From the NCBI GenBank assembly GCA_946965045.2, contig OX337239.1, positions 1,984,001 through 2,048,000 on the forward strand: 64,000 nt of DNA, given 5' to 3'. Made by a program: the position numbers and the translations under genes. The notes beneath the pieces were generated by a model, which made no database searches, was not told the DNA's origin, and was given only the letters and a program-made list of their open reading frames with translations. Below, in pieces: positions 46,688-58,100 of this stretch (the first letter of the stretch is position 1; each line of letters starts with the position of its first letter). This stretch comes from Epithemia pelagica. Taxonomy: Eukaryota; Protista; Bacillariophyta.

Positions 46688-47573
46688 TGTGCTTTTTCAT
46701 TTACTCCTATGATCAAAGATAACAAGATTGATGGATTTTTGAGTGAAGCTCTTGATGGGATATCTGCAACACCTTCAACGCTTGTCTTATTTGGCGACAA
46801 TGGAAAACGCTAAAAACCCAGAGCGACGGTAAAAATATTGATACGTGACTGTATTACATCAAACCAATTGTCCCGCTTAAGATGGTCTTTCCGAGTGACC
46901 ACCCAGCCTACTTGCCTTCTATGTGAGCGGTGAGTACTCCTAGTACCTAGCTAGAGAGCAGACTTTTGTAGCTTCGATGGTCTTTGGAAGCAAGTCACAA
47001 GCTTGCAAAGCAAGTCTTGACGGTGTGTCGAATGTCAATTGTGCTGATCTTGTGAAAAGAAGGACACAACATTAAAAAAATTTCATGGCAACGACACAAT
47101 GAAGCAATCGTGAGAACAATAATTACGTATTGGTCCGTCTCTATTCATCACGTTAGCAAATTCGAAACAATATAACAAGAACAAGTTGCAATGCAGTTCC
47201 TTGTGTTTTTCCCAATCAACAACACCAAACGAACCAAAACTCTAGAGTCCGTTCATGAATCAAGGAACGAGTCTCATCCCCTTGACAGCAAAAGCTTTCT
47301 CTAACACTCGGCGACAATTAGTCCAGCACAGAGTCCAATATAGAGCAAATCATATGAGAGCGGATTCGCTCTTAATCGCTCTTTGTCATTCTTCTTTGGA
47401 CGGAAAGCTTAACAAAGAAAACTCTGTCCGTGAGACTTGTTCTTGGTTCTGCCGACAGAATACTACCACGTGATACAATGATGAAGAGGGACAACAAATG
47501 GATATTGGTAGTGCTATGATGTCCATTGTATGTAGGCGACAACTCCTGTCGTAAGGATCCATCGACTTGGAAA

Positions 47574-48224
47574 TCAAGTTTCAACAGTAAGATCTTTGAT
47601 CATGTAGTAGAAGGTCCAATATTTGCCACAGGAGACAAGACAAAAGAAACAGCTTCCAAGACAAGCCCCCTCTTCTGCATGTTGGATTTCAAATCCCTTA
47701 CGTTCATACAGCCGGACAGCCCCTTTATTGGCTTGAAAGACATGCAATGTCAGTTGCCGACAACCTTCGGTTTGAGCAAACTCTTGTGCCCATTGCAACA
47801 GTTTGCTTCCCACGCCTTGTCCCCGGACACTTGCTTTGGTGGCAATGAATTCAACGTAGGCTTCTTCACTATGGTGCAAGACATGTCTCATACATCCAGG
47901 CAAACCGTAATCGCCCGGATCGTTGTGGAGTTGCAATTGGATCGCACCCACAATACTGCTGGGATTGTTCGCTAGACGAGCCACACGCATATGCTGCAAC
48001 TTTGCCGGGTGTTTCTTGGCATAGTGTCGATATTCACGTCCTCCATCCGCCGACGACATTTTATCCGCAAAGGCTTCCGCCTTCAACTCCGAAATGGCCG
48101 CAAAGTCATTGGAGGTTGGCACAGACAATTCAATCGAAGGACTGGAACTCACTTGATCAGAGGCATGTGCTTCCGTTGTTGCTGGTGGTGGGATTGTATC
48201 CTTCTCAGATGACGGTGTCCTCAT
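47574..48224 (-). CDS. GNAT-family acetyltransferase
   Basis: Motif A YVEFIATKASVRGQGVGSKLL, motif B LHVFQANKGAVRLYERKGF. Confidence 0.9.
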   Translation of the reverse strand: MRTPSSEKDTIPPPATTEAHASDQVSSSPSIELSVPTSNDFAAISELKAEAFADKMSSADGGREYRHYAKKHPAKLQHMRVARLANNPSSIVGAIQLQLHNDPGDYGLPGCMRHVLHHSEEAYVEFIATKASVRGQGVGSKLLQWAQEFAQTEGCRQLTLHVFQANKGAVRLYERKGFEIQHAEEGACLGSCFFCLVSCGKYWTFYYMIKDLTVET

Positions 48225-48588
48225 TACTAGAAGCGTTTAATTCCTGAGTGGGTGGCTGTTTATCATAATATAAGATGAGAATGACAATTGCAGGCCATGG
48301 GACGGACATGAAAGAGAGCTATAACGGGCAAGGGGTATCTTTGCTCTTGCCTCTCGCACGACTGGGATTCGGTCGGTCGCATTTGTGGGGGGACTCCTCC
48401 GGCCGCGCGATATCTCAAGTGGGTCTGGATCTGTGGCGGTAAAGTCTGGACCGGGTCTGGCGTTGAGTCGACCATGACACTGTAATACATGGCTCTTGAG
48501 TGGTTCTGAGACGATGACATAATCGACAGAGCTTATTTCATTGTATCAAGACAGCAAAAGCCAAGTTCGAAGAATAATTCGAAGAAGA

Positions 48589-49710
48589 ATGACAACATTC
48601 AATGAAAAGTCCAACAAAACCAGTCATCCATCCAACGTCGCCCACACACCGCCACCAGCGACATGTTCGCAACAGTCCCATGTACCCGCTCAAAGAACTC
48701 CTGGCAGCACCACAAGTAGCAAAAGTGCCGGTAGCATTCGAAGTCGAAATCAAGGGCATCGACAGCAACAGGAATCAAATCCATCTTCGACGAACCCAAC
48801 GAGAACACTCTATTTGATTCGACACGGGGAGTCGTTGGGTCAACGTGCCTCCCGACAAAGACGAAAAACGGATGAAGGCTTGACGGATTGTGGATTAACT
48901 CGAAATGGTGTAGAGCAGGCGAAATTCGTTCCAGAATTGCTTTCCATGGAAGGCGTCGACCCCAACAAGATTCAATTGGTCGTCACCAGTCCATTGACGC
49001 GTGCCATTCACACAACCTTGTTGGCTTTTCCAACTCGCTCCTCCCGCATCCCCCCAAGCAATGGTCTTGTTCGTCACCGTGATGACCTTAAGCCAGTTTC
49101 GAAGACTCTGAGCTTTGAAAGTGGCCGTCAGAAGGGCAACGATCCTATGGAGATTGATAACGACGATATTGATGAGGACATGACGGATCAATGCTCCATC
49201 GTGACTGAGAATGAAAGAGGTCCATTCACCAATATCCCCATTCTCATGGCCTATGATCTGAGAGAAGTAGGGAGTTTGATCCCTGAAAATAAGCCGCGCA
49301 AACTTAAAGACATTTGGCGTGATTTGCAAGTGGATGATGTGACCCTCAAACGTTTTGATTTGGAATCATTGCTATATCCAAATTCAGACTCGACAGTCTC
49401 ACCAAAGTCGTCATCATCTTCTCCGAGAGCCTCGGAACGATCGCCCACATCCTGGCCTCGTGGACATGATACTCCACCCAAGGTTATAAGAAAAGATCGC
49501 ATTCGTCAAGTGTTTGCGTGGTTGGCCGCGTACTTACCGGTTGATACGACCACTTTGGCCGTTATTTGTCACTATCATGTGATTCGAACCTCACTGTCGG
49601 ATCCTGGCATTGATAACTGTCCTGTCCATCCGCAGAACGCTCAGCCATTGGAATGTGTGTTGCATAGTGATGGTCGTGTAGAACTGATACGAGTTTTGGG
49701 TGAGATTTGA
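48589..49710 (+). CDS. Histidine phosphatase / phosphoglycerate-mutase-like protein
   Basis: LYLIRHGES, DCGLTRNGVEQA, VVTSPLTRAIHT, AVICHYHVI. Confidence 0.88.
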   Translation: MTTFNEKSNKTSHPSNVAHTPPPATCSQQSHVPAQRTPGSTTSSKSAGSIRSRNQGHRQQQESNPSSTNPTRTLYLIRHGESLGQRASRQRRKTDEGLTDCGLTRNGVEQAKFVPELLSMEGVDPNKIQLVVTSPLTRAIHTTLLAFPTRSSRIPPSNGLVRHRDDLKPVSKTLSFESGRQKGNDPMEIDNDDIDEDMTDQCSIVTENERGPFTNIPILMAYDLREVGSLIPENKPRKLKDIWRDLQVDDVTLKRFDLESLLYPNSDSTVSPKSSSSSPRASERSPTSWPRGHDTPPKVIRKDRIRQVFAWLAAYLPVDTTTLAVICHYHVIRTSLSDPGIDNCPVHPQNAQPLECVLHSDGRVELIRVLGEI

Positions 49711-50466
49711 GCTTGATGAACAAGGTGCGCGGAACTGGAATACCGTGTGTCGACAGTCGACTTCTAAACTTGGGTACTACTCAACAACATGACAATCGTG
49801 TCGGATCGTAACACCATTGCGTAGATCTAGCTGTTGCTTCATAGCAGTACGTTGTCTCACGTTTTCGATGCAATCGAAACCAACATAATGGCCACCATAC
49901 AGTCTCATTTGAAATCCAAAAGAGTTCATACGAGCAGTAGCTGCATGTAGTGCGCGCATGGCGAAAATCTAATTTTTGATCTTGTCAAGACTTACTCTCA
50001 CTCGAATAGTACATGCGACATATACGAGCCAAAAATTCTCTCAAAACGACTCACAATTTTGTGCAGGACCCCGACGACCCAAATTTCAATGGATCTGTCA
50101 TCGAACCATACAGTGCAATAGATGAAGAACTGAAGTATTGCACTGAAGTTTCCGATGACAAATTCATTGAAAATTGACTTAGTTACAGTCTGCACAAAAC
50201 CGATCATTGGAATTTCCCCAATTTTGGACCTGTCGGCATCAAATTCTTATTTAACAGGAAATCTTTTCTACATAGGCGCGCGAGTCCATGTCGCACCTGC
50301 ACCGGCATCGCTTCAGGCAAGTCGCCTCCTGTTGGTAAGGGTAGGAGAAGTAAGCCTACTCCTACTAGAGGTAGCTATGTGACCGGAAGAGTAAAAAATC
50401 CAGACAAGAAAAAAACACGAACTTTTTTGTGAGAGCAAATTCATCTAGGTAGAGGTGGAATGAACG

Positions 50467-51718
50467 ATGAATCAAACACGGTTCTGCAACAACAAATGGA
50501 AGGTTGTAGCAATTGCGGCATTAGGTTTCTGCTTTGCGTTTTTTCCTCATATCAATGATTCTGGTTCTGTATCACTTTTCGATCCCTTCAACCGACATTA
50601 CTTCGTATCGGTGAAGAGGCGACAGAGGTTCCGAATCGCTGTAAGTGTCCAACAATGACGGGGAGTGCATGGCCTGTCTTCAACACCGCATACTCAAAAA
50701 GCCCCCATCCATTTCCCAGGCCAGACCCACTCCTTCTCCTGCTGAAAAGACCTCTACGAACAGTCGAGATTTCCCATCCTTTCCTGCAGTAACAACAAGC
50801 AGAACATGGAGTTGGTCAAGACATTTCCTCGGCCACCGAAAGGAAAGCGAAAACGAAGGCGTTGTGATCTTCTTACATGTTCCCAAAACAGGAGGTACCA
50901 CGATAAGAGAGCTAGCTCAATCAAGGGCATTTGACTTAGCTGGTTTTCGGTATGAACGTGTGTCGAAAAAGAAAGAGTTTAAAGCAATGGAACAAACAAT
51001 TGAAAACATCCTACAACGCCGCCACGCGACCACAAAGGAGGTAACCGACCGGCTGGTCTTTTACGAACTCCATGGGGATATTCCTGGGCTTGAAGAGCTT
51101 CACCAGCTTATTCAGGGCTGGAAAAACATATCTAGAACTACGAGTGTTCCGATCTTCACATTTGCAATGGTACGTGAGCCTTATTCATTCCATATTTCAT
51201 ATTTTCGCTTCTTCCATCATCCCAGATGCAAAGATATTTGGTGCGAAAAGCCGCTCCTAGAGGAAACACAAGAAGGTTTGGTACAATCTCTCTTGCCCAA
51301 CCACCAATTGCAATGTTTGCTTCGAGGACAGTTCAATGTTCGAAAGGCCCATCCATCTTTTCGTCAAGAACCCGTGGTCGAAGGACGAGAGTTGAAGCAT
51401 GCCCAGGATTTGTTGAGAACTGATTGGGACTGGGTAGGGAGGCTTGAAGATCTATCAAGGGTGACCTTGCCACTTCTCAGTGAGGTTCTCCTGGGTGATT
51501 GCACCTCCCTTTTTACAATCAACGGACAAAGAAAAGGCTTTTCGACACTTATATGGAATAAAAATCCTCCGTTGGACACTTTTGCCAAACATAACCTCAC
51601 AAGGGAAACAAGATTGGCATTGGCCAATCATTCTATCTTAGACGAAAGGCTCTATGAATGGGTTAGACAGACCTACAAGTGGGACGGGGGCATGCGATGT
51701 TTGACTGTTGTACCCTGA
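50467..51718 (+). CDS. Membrane-anchored (Golgi-type) sulfotransferase; intron 50641-50719
   Basis: N-terminal TM (VVAIAALGFCFAFF) in exon 1; GTAAGT...CCAG phase-0 intron; 5'-PSB IFLHVPKTGGTT; 3'-PB MVREPYSFHISYF. Confidence 0.85.
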
Positions 51719-52979
51719 AGGCTTGAACCAATGCCGTAGCTATCATTTTCTCTTAACAAGGGGGCACTTGCTGTTTGTCTGTTGTGCTCTCGTCCCGCAA
51801 GAAGCTGGAAGCTATGATATTCTCTCTTGACTTGTTGTCTAGGGTACGATTCACCATCACAGAGATAATCCTCTGCTAGCTACCGAGCGAATAGGGCATG
51901 GCGATAGCGATAGATTATTTACGGGGATGGGTGGGTGGACAGACAGGTCCTCTACAATAGGTGGAGTCAGTACAACGTCTTTATCCGTCTGTTTGAAGCT
52001 TTGTCCGTTCCTTTTGGCAGAAATGAATAATTAATAATTATTGGAATTGGTCGTTGACGTTGGGGGTTCGGGTTGGGTTTGGTTGCTGGCGTTGCAGCTC
52101 CATTCTCCATTCTCCACCACTACAAGTACCGAAACTGCAAACTGCTACCTGCTATGGTCGCTACCGACAGTAGTCCAAGAATTCCCGAATTCCCGAAAAC
52201 AACACCCTTCTTCCCTCACTGGCTAGCTCCACGTTGGTCATCCGCAATCCGCATCTACTATTTACGCTTGATATTTTGGATTTTGGATACCACCCCTACC
52301 TCCTACTCCTACTCCTCTAGCCCCTCTAGAGCTAGAGGTAGTTCTATTCGACTGGAAGGATAATACTGCGAGCTAGAGGAGTACTAGCTCTACTAGGTAG
52401 TAGAGCTACGGGAACCTAGCCAAACACCTCAGCGAGGGAGGATCCTAGGCAATGGAATTCTGGATGATAGAAACCAGCACACCCTCAGAACACCTCCGCT
52501 GGGGACTGGTCTATTCGCTCAGTTCGAGAGAAGGTAAAATTTATAGAGGGGCATGGACATGGAGCCGACGGTTCGTACGTACTTTACTGTACTTCGTACC
52601 ATGCAGAAAAGAAGCCATGAAACATGAAACGAAACCATGAATCATGAATCATGAATCTCCTTTATATGATTATGGCTTACGACTTACGAACAAGGTAGAG
52701 GTAGAGAGTGACGGCAACTGTAAACTTTACCATCTTGTATCATCTTATCTCGATGTCTACCAAATACCAAAGTCTCATCAACAAACTACCTACCGTAGTC
52801 AATCTCATTCCTCTCGTTTATGTCATTAGCCATTTTCGTTTCACTTTGAAATCGAGACTCACAATGATATTAAAAGTAGTTTTACTCCTTAGATACATTA
52901 GTCTCACAAAGGTTCAACAGGTAACGGAGATTCTCTCATAAGGTTCAAATGTCCTCGAGAGCTTAGAAAGATTAACGAA

Positions 52980-54092
52980 TTAGCTCTCATGAATCCTCTT
53001 CTTGTCATATTTGTCGTCTCGAATTATGCGCTCGCAAAGTTCGGGATGACCACGCAAAAAGAGGGGGTTGGTGAAGGCGCCCTTTAGCCTTCCCTGTTTC
53101 ACGATCGGGAATCGATACGAGAATAGCTGACGGCGAAAGGAAGCCCAGGTGTTGCCTCGAAAATAGTTCGGCATAATTTTCTCAACAAAGACGGTCGGTT
53201 CATGAACCCATAGCCCCCCTTCATCGAGAAATGACATGATATGACCTTTTCCTTCCGCCTCAAGAGTTGTCACGATTCTATGTAACTTCTGGGCGAAAGA
53301 CTCGTGATCATATTTACGTTTCTTCCGCTTCGGTGGTTCTTCCAGATGAGGAGATGGATCCCTCTTCACAACACGATCGGGTTCAGTCCTCTGGGATTCC
53401 GCTCTTGAAACTGGACGAATCATATGTTTCGGATCTAGCATCTCTCCCAATTGATTAGGTGGGATGAGAGCCGGAGCATATGTGAGTGCCGGCGTTGTTG
53501 CAGGTGCGGTTGTTGCTCCTGATAAAAGAATAAGATTATCCATTGCAGAGGCTCCCTGAAGTCTTGTAACCAGAGGTTGAGAGGCGCCGGTCTGCATTAT
53601 CGTCGATACTGGTCTTGAGAGTTGAGTCAAAAGTGCGGGATGAATTGCAGTATGGGATGCAGCTAAAGGAACTCGATCACCTTGAAGAACCGGTATGATT
53701 GGTTGCGACGCTACTGGCACAGCTGATGGCACTAAGGCAAGTTGAGGCCTCACATGCGAAGCAAGAGGAGGAGCACCTTGAAGACCAAGTGAGACAAGCG
53801 TCGACAGACGTTGGTCGCATGGGGCGCTGTAATCGCCCGCAACTTGTGGTGGCCCATACAAAGCGTTTACTGAGACATCGGGGCCTGGTAGAAGTACATT
53901 TTTATTGCGCCGCTGGTCCTGCAAAAGCTCTAGGATGACATGATCTTGAACAAGACTACCTGGGTGGGCCACCGAGGGAGTTGCTGGAAGCACGGTTTCA
54001 CGAGGCAAACTCAGAACTGGAGGAACGAGTATTAGTTGCTCTGGATTGACCGAGGGAGCGCCCGAGTTGTAATCAATCGTAACACGGCCCAT
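52980..54092 (-). CDS. HSF-type DNA-binding-domain protein (domain at the C-terminus)
   Basis: SFAQKLHRIV...FVEKIMPNYF...WASFRRQLFSYRF...FTNPLFLRGHPELC preceded by an NLS-like PPKRKKRK. Confidence 0.82.
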   Translation of the reverse strand: MGRVTIDYNSGAPSVNPEQLILVPPVLSLPRETVLPATPSVAHPGSLVQDHVILELLQDQRRNKNVLLPGPDVSVNALYGPPQVAGDYSAPCDQRLSTLVSLGLQGAPPLASHVRPQLALVPSAVPVASQPIIPVLQGDRVPLAASHTAIHPALLTQLSRPVSTIMQTGASQPLVTRLQGASAMDNLILLSGATTAPATTPALTYAPALIPPNQLGEMLDPKHMIRPVSRAESQRTEPDRVVKRDPSPHLEEPPKRKKRKYDHESFAQKLHRIVTTLEAEGKGHIMSFLDEGGLWVHEPTVFVEKIMPNYFRGNTWASFRRQLFSYRFPIVKQGRLKGAFTNPLFLRGHPELCERIIRDDKYDKKRIHES

Positions 54093-54718
54093 CTTTGCGG
54101 GAGCGGTACTATTGCTTGAGGTTCCAAATGGATTATGCAGCGAAACGTGGAGGCTATCGAGCTAAAAACGAAGAGGAGCTAAACGTTGTCCTTCTCGACG
54201 AAAGAGTGCCAAAATTGGTTGCAAGCTTTGGACTTTAGGACCTTGTATGTCACGGCGAAATGTTGTAGCGAAGCATGAATGCGAAGCTTGATCATGCAAA
54301 AATTTGGAGAATCGCATTATTTCGCACATTTCGATTTCTGATTTCTGATTATCTTTCCGCCTCGACACCAATGATTATGATAATTGTACACGAGTCCCGA
54401 ATGCGTTAGGTATTGAGTCCCGGGTCCATGAGAAAGAGACAAGAGACAAGATCAAGAGAGAAGAACAAGGAACCAATGGCTGGTGGGACAAGTCGAATAT
54501 CCAATAAATAACAATAATGAGAGGCACGTGCAAACAGTTATGCAGATGCAGTCAGGCTATGTCCTACTCGTATGTCCTGCGTGCATACTGCGTACCAGGT
54601 ATTGTACGAGGTACGAGTATTATTATTTCCAGTTACGAGTTTCGAGTTTCGAGACATGATCGATGTTCGCATTTGGTTTTGGAATTTTAAATTTGCATCC
54701 GAGGTTCGAAGTTTTGTG

Positions 54719-54753
54719 TTTTTGGTTTTTGGTTTTTGGTTTTTGGTTTTTGG
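54719..54753. repeat. (TTTTTGG)5 microsatellite
   Basis: Seen directly. Confidence 0.85.
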
Positions 54754-55125
54754 TTTTGATTGTTGTTTGTAGAGGTCGGTCCTGCGGTAAGCGCTCACGC
54801 AGATTTGTATAAATCCTGCCACTACACGCTACAACACGGCGTATACGGCGTGCAACAAGTGGCTAGATCAAAAAATTATGACTAGAAAACTCAGCATATG
54901 TAGGCGATGCATATTCGCCAATATGCGACCATGTATCCGCCAATATGCGACCTGTTGGCGGGATTTATTCAGTCCCCGCGAGCTAGATCGGAAGCATTTC
55001 GACTAGGTCGCCCACGACTTGTTTCAGCAGAGGCCGGTCCATCAGGACTATTTTTTCTCAATTAAGAGGGGTGTCTATTCGGACAATAAAAGAGGGGTGT
55101 GAGGACAATGAATTCGATCATGTAA

Positions 55126-58100
55126 TCACCACAAAACACGTTGTGCTAGAAAACGCAATCGGGGTCCTGGTAACGATTTTGTCAGCAGGTCCGCAAGATT
55201 GGTTTCACCTTCTTCCCAGGCGATACGCACGATGTGGGCGGCTTGTGCCTCACGTGTGCGATGGTAAGCAATCGCATTGTGTTTTTTCTTCAGAGTGACT
55301 TCAGGCATGGTTGCACTCTTGAACACAGATTCATTATCACAGAACACATTGGTTTCGCCATCAAGTGGGATGCCCATCATTCTCAACTTGTAACGGAAAC
55401 CCTCTATCTGTTCGATGGCAGTCTTCATTGCGACAAATTCGGAGCCAAATGTTGATGTCTCAACAGTACTCTGTCGTTTGGAATACCACAAGATAGGTGC
55501 TCGTTGTAAGAACATAAGAATACCAGTTTGTGAGCGACGCGTAGCAAGACAACCAGCGTGATCGGCATCAACAAAACAAGTTGTGGTAACAGCCCGTCCA
55601 CGAGGTGGTGGCATATTGGGCGGCAAAGGGTCACTAGCATCAGGGTAGTATTCAGACCAGTCTGCCTGGAAGAAACGATCCTCGTCGAAGGTCGGAGTTG
55701 TGTCGTCGAACACTAGGGTGGAACGTCCATGCGCTTTTAGGTATGCAAAAATGTGCAAGGCTTGTTCGAGGTGTCCTTCACGTGGCATGGCTAGATATCG
55801 GGACAGTTGTGATACGGCAACAATGATATCAATACGACCAAGTTCCACAACCCAACGAAGGATACCAATTAGTCCCTGATAGTAATTTGCACGTCGGGGG
55901 TCCAGTTCAGGAGATGAGTCGATCTCAGGACGATACCCAGTGGCAAGCGGAGTTGAGACTTGTGTCTGTAGCTTTTGGCCAACTTTAGACAGTTCGGTCT
56001 CAATTTCAGATATGGCACGTTTAACATATTTGTCGGAGGACATGGCCCATCGGGGTTTGTTCTCAGGATCGTCAGTATCTGGTATGGTATAGTGTCGAAT
56101 CTCAGATCCCAAGTATTCGTCTGGGTCTTTAATACTCTCGGGTTTGATGGTATACCGTTTTTCCAGATCATTCATGATCGATCGCGGATCATGACTGACA
56201 CAGAGTATGTCGTCTATGTAGACAAGTACATACTCATAGTATTGGAACCCATCAGATGGTCGGACTTGAGGTCGAAGCCAGACATCAGGGTCAGCCAAGC
56301 AACTGTTGAACTTCAATTCACGAAGTGTTGCGGCAATGTGATCACGCCAACAAGCAGCAGAACTCTTCAAAACATACAGAGCACGAACAATCAGTGCAGG
56401 TCGGCCAACGTTTTCGGGACCAAATTCTAGTCCCGCCGTAATATAAGTTCGCTCTTTTGTTGGTGCATTGAGGTATGCATTTTGTACGTCCCCGGCCAAC
56501 ACGTCCAGGCCATTAAGGGCAGCGATAGTGAATGCAATTCGTACGCTATCACGGGATACAACACTGGAGTACGTGGATTCCTTCGGTGGATCAGTCTTAT
56601 GCCCACCGGCAACCAGTCGGGCTTTACGGCGAAGATCAGACTTGATATCAAAGACCATATGACATGGGATATGTTTGTATCCAATTGGTACTTTGTCATC
56701 ATCACGGAATTCAAAGGCAATGCGAACATTTTTCATCTCCTTTTCGATGGCTTTCCGCCAGAAATCAGTCCCCGTTCGACGATCAATCTCAAGAGCTTCT
56801 TGAACGGTTTTGGGCAGTTCAATACCATAATTGTGGGTACGTTTCCAATAGCGAGATTTTACTTTCGCAAGAATCACACCACGTTTGCGTAACGTATGTG
56901 GAACCCACCAGGCATAGGCCGGTTCTTTGGCAAGCCCCGCCGCAACAGCATATTCGGCTAGTTGTACAGGCGAATCGTTTTTGAGATCTTTGAGAGGGAT
57001 CCAAACAGTAGAACCATCGGAGAGTTCACACTCATGTTCCCAACCAACGGTTGTATGGCGATTACGGCCATTCAACCAGTCCGGATCCGTTCGGAGGACA
57101 GCGTCCTTGGTTTTGCGATGTCCAATGATATCCTTTACAATGGCATAGGAGTTGCCCTCAGTGTCGACTTGAGAGTAAAGGTTCTCGGCAATGAGATTGG
57201 CAGCAAGAGATTCGGTCGATCCATCGGGATACAGCACGTCATAGAAACGTGTGTCTAAGATTGGATTTGGATCACGTTTGCCAATTGGTCGGCCATGTTC
57301 ATCTTTGGAGCGGCCTATGATCTTGGCTCTGGCCTGGTCCCCGCCATGCGGCAGCATGACTTCGGCTGTGAGATATTCGTCTAACTCCTCCGGAGTGTAG
57401 TCGTCAGCATCAGGGAGAGGTGTATCGGAGTCAAGAGCAGCAGGAAAGAGAGATTCGCTTTCGTCTTCTCCAAAGAAATCATCGGGTGGATCAGGGGAAA
57501 CGTTGGCGGCATCTTCATCGGAGGACGGCGATGTATCCACGAGGAGAGTCTTGATAAGACCATCATAGACTTCCAGTTGTTGACGGATTGTGGGATTTTT
57601 CATATCGTCGTCAGGGATTGCCCACACATCTTTTCGGACAATAACTCGACCTTTCTCTGTCAAGACGTTGAAGGCCATGTCATCAATACAGTCATCGGCA
57701 AGACCAAGCCAGCGCCCAATACATTTACGCTCATGAGGGAAGTCATGCGACGGCGTATAATAGTATACAGGTTGATAGAAATCAAACAAAGCCATGGGAG
57801 AGATGTCGGGTGTCGATCCAAGAACGTGTTCAAATGGCGTTCGTCCATTAAGTTCAGGGATATCAGAGGCAGTTAACTGGCGGACAGAGGCAACCCACTT
57901 CAGCGCATAGGACCATGTGCGTCGTGGTGCACCAGTTTGACGTAACTTCCTAATAACACCTTTCTTCAACTCACGGATGCTCGCTTCCGCGGCATTCTGC
58001 CATTGACTGTATGGGACGGTCACTTCTTGTTTGATACGGTACTCATTACAGATCTCACGAGAACGTCCATGAAATAGCTCTTGCGCACCATCAGAAATTA

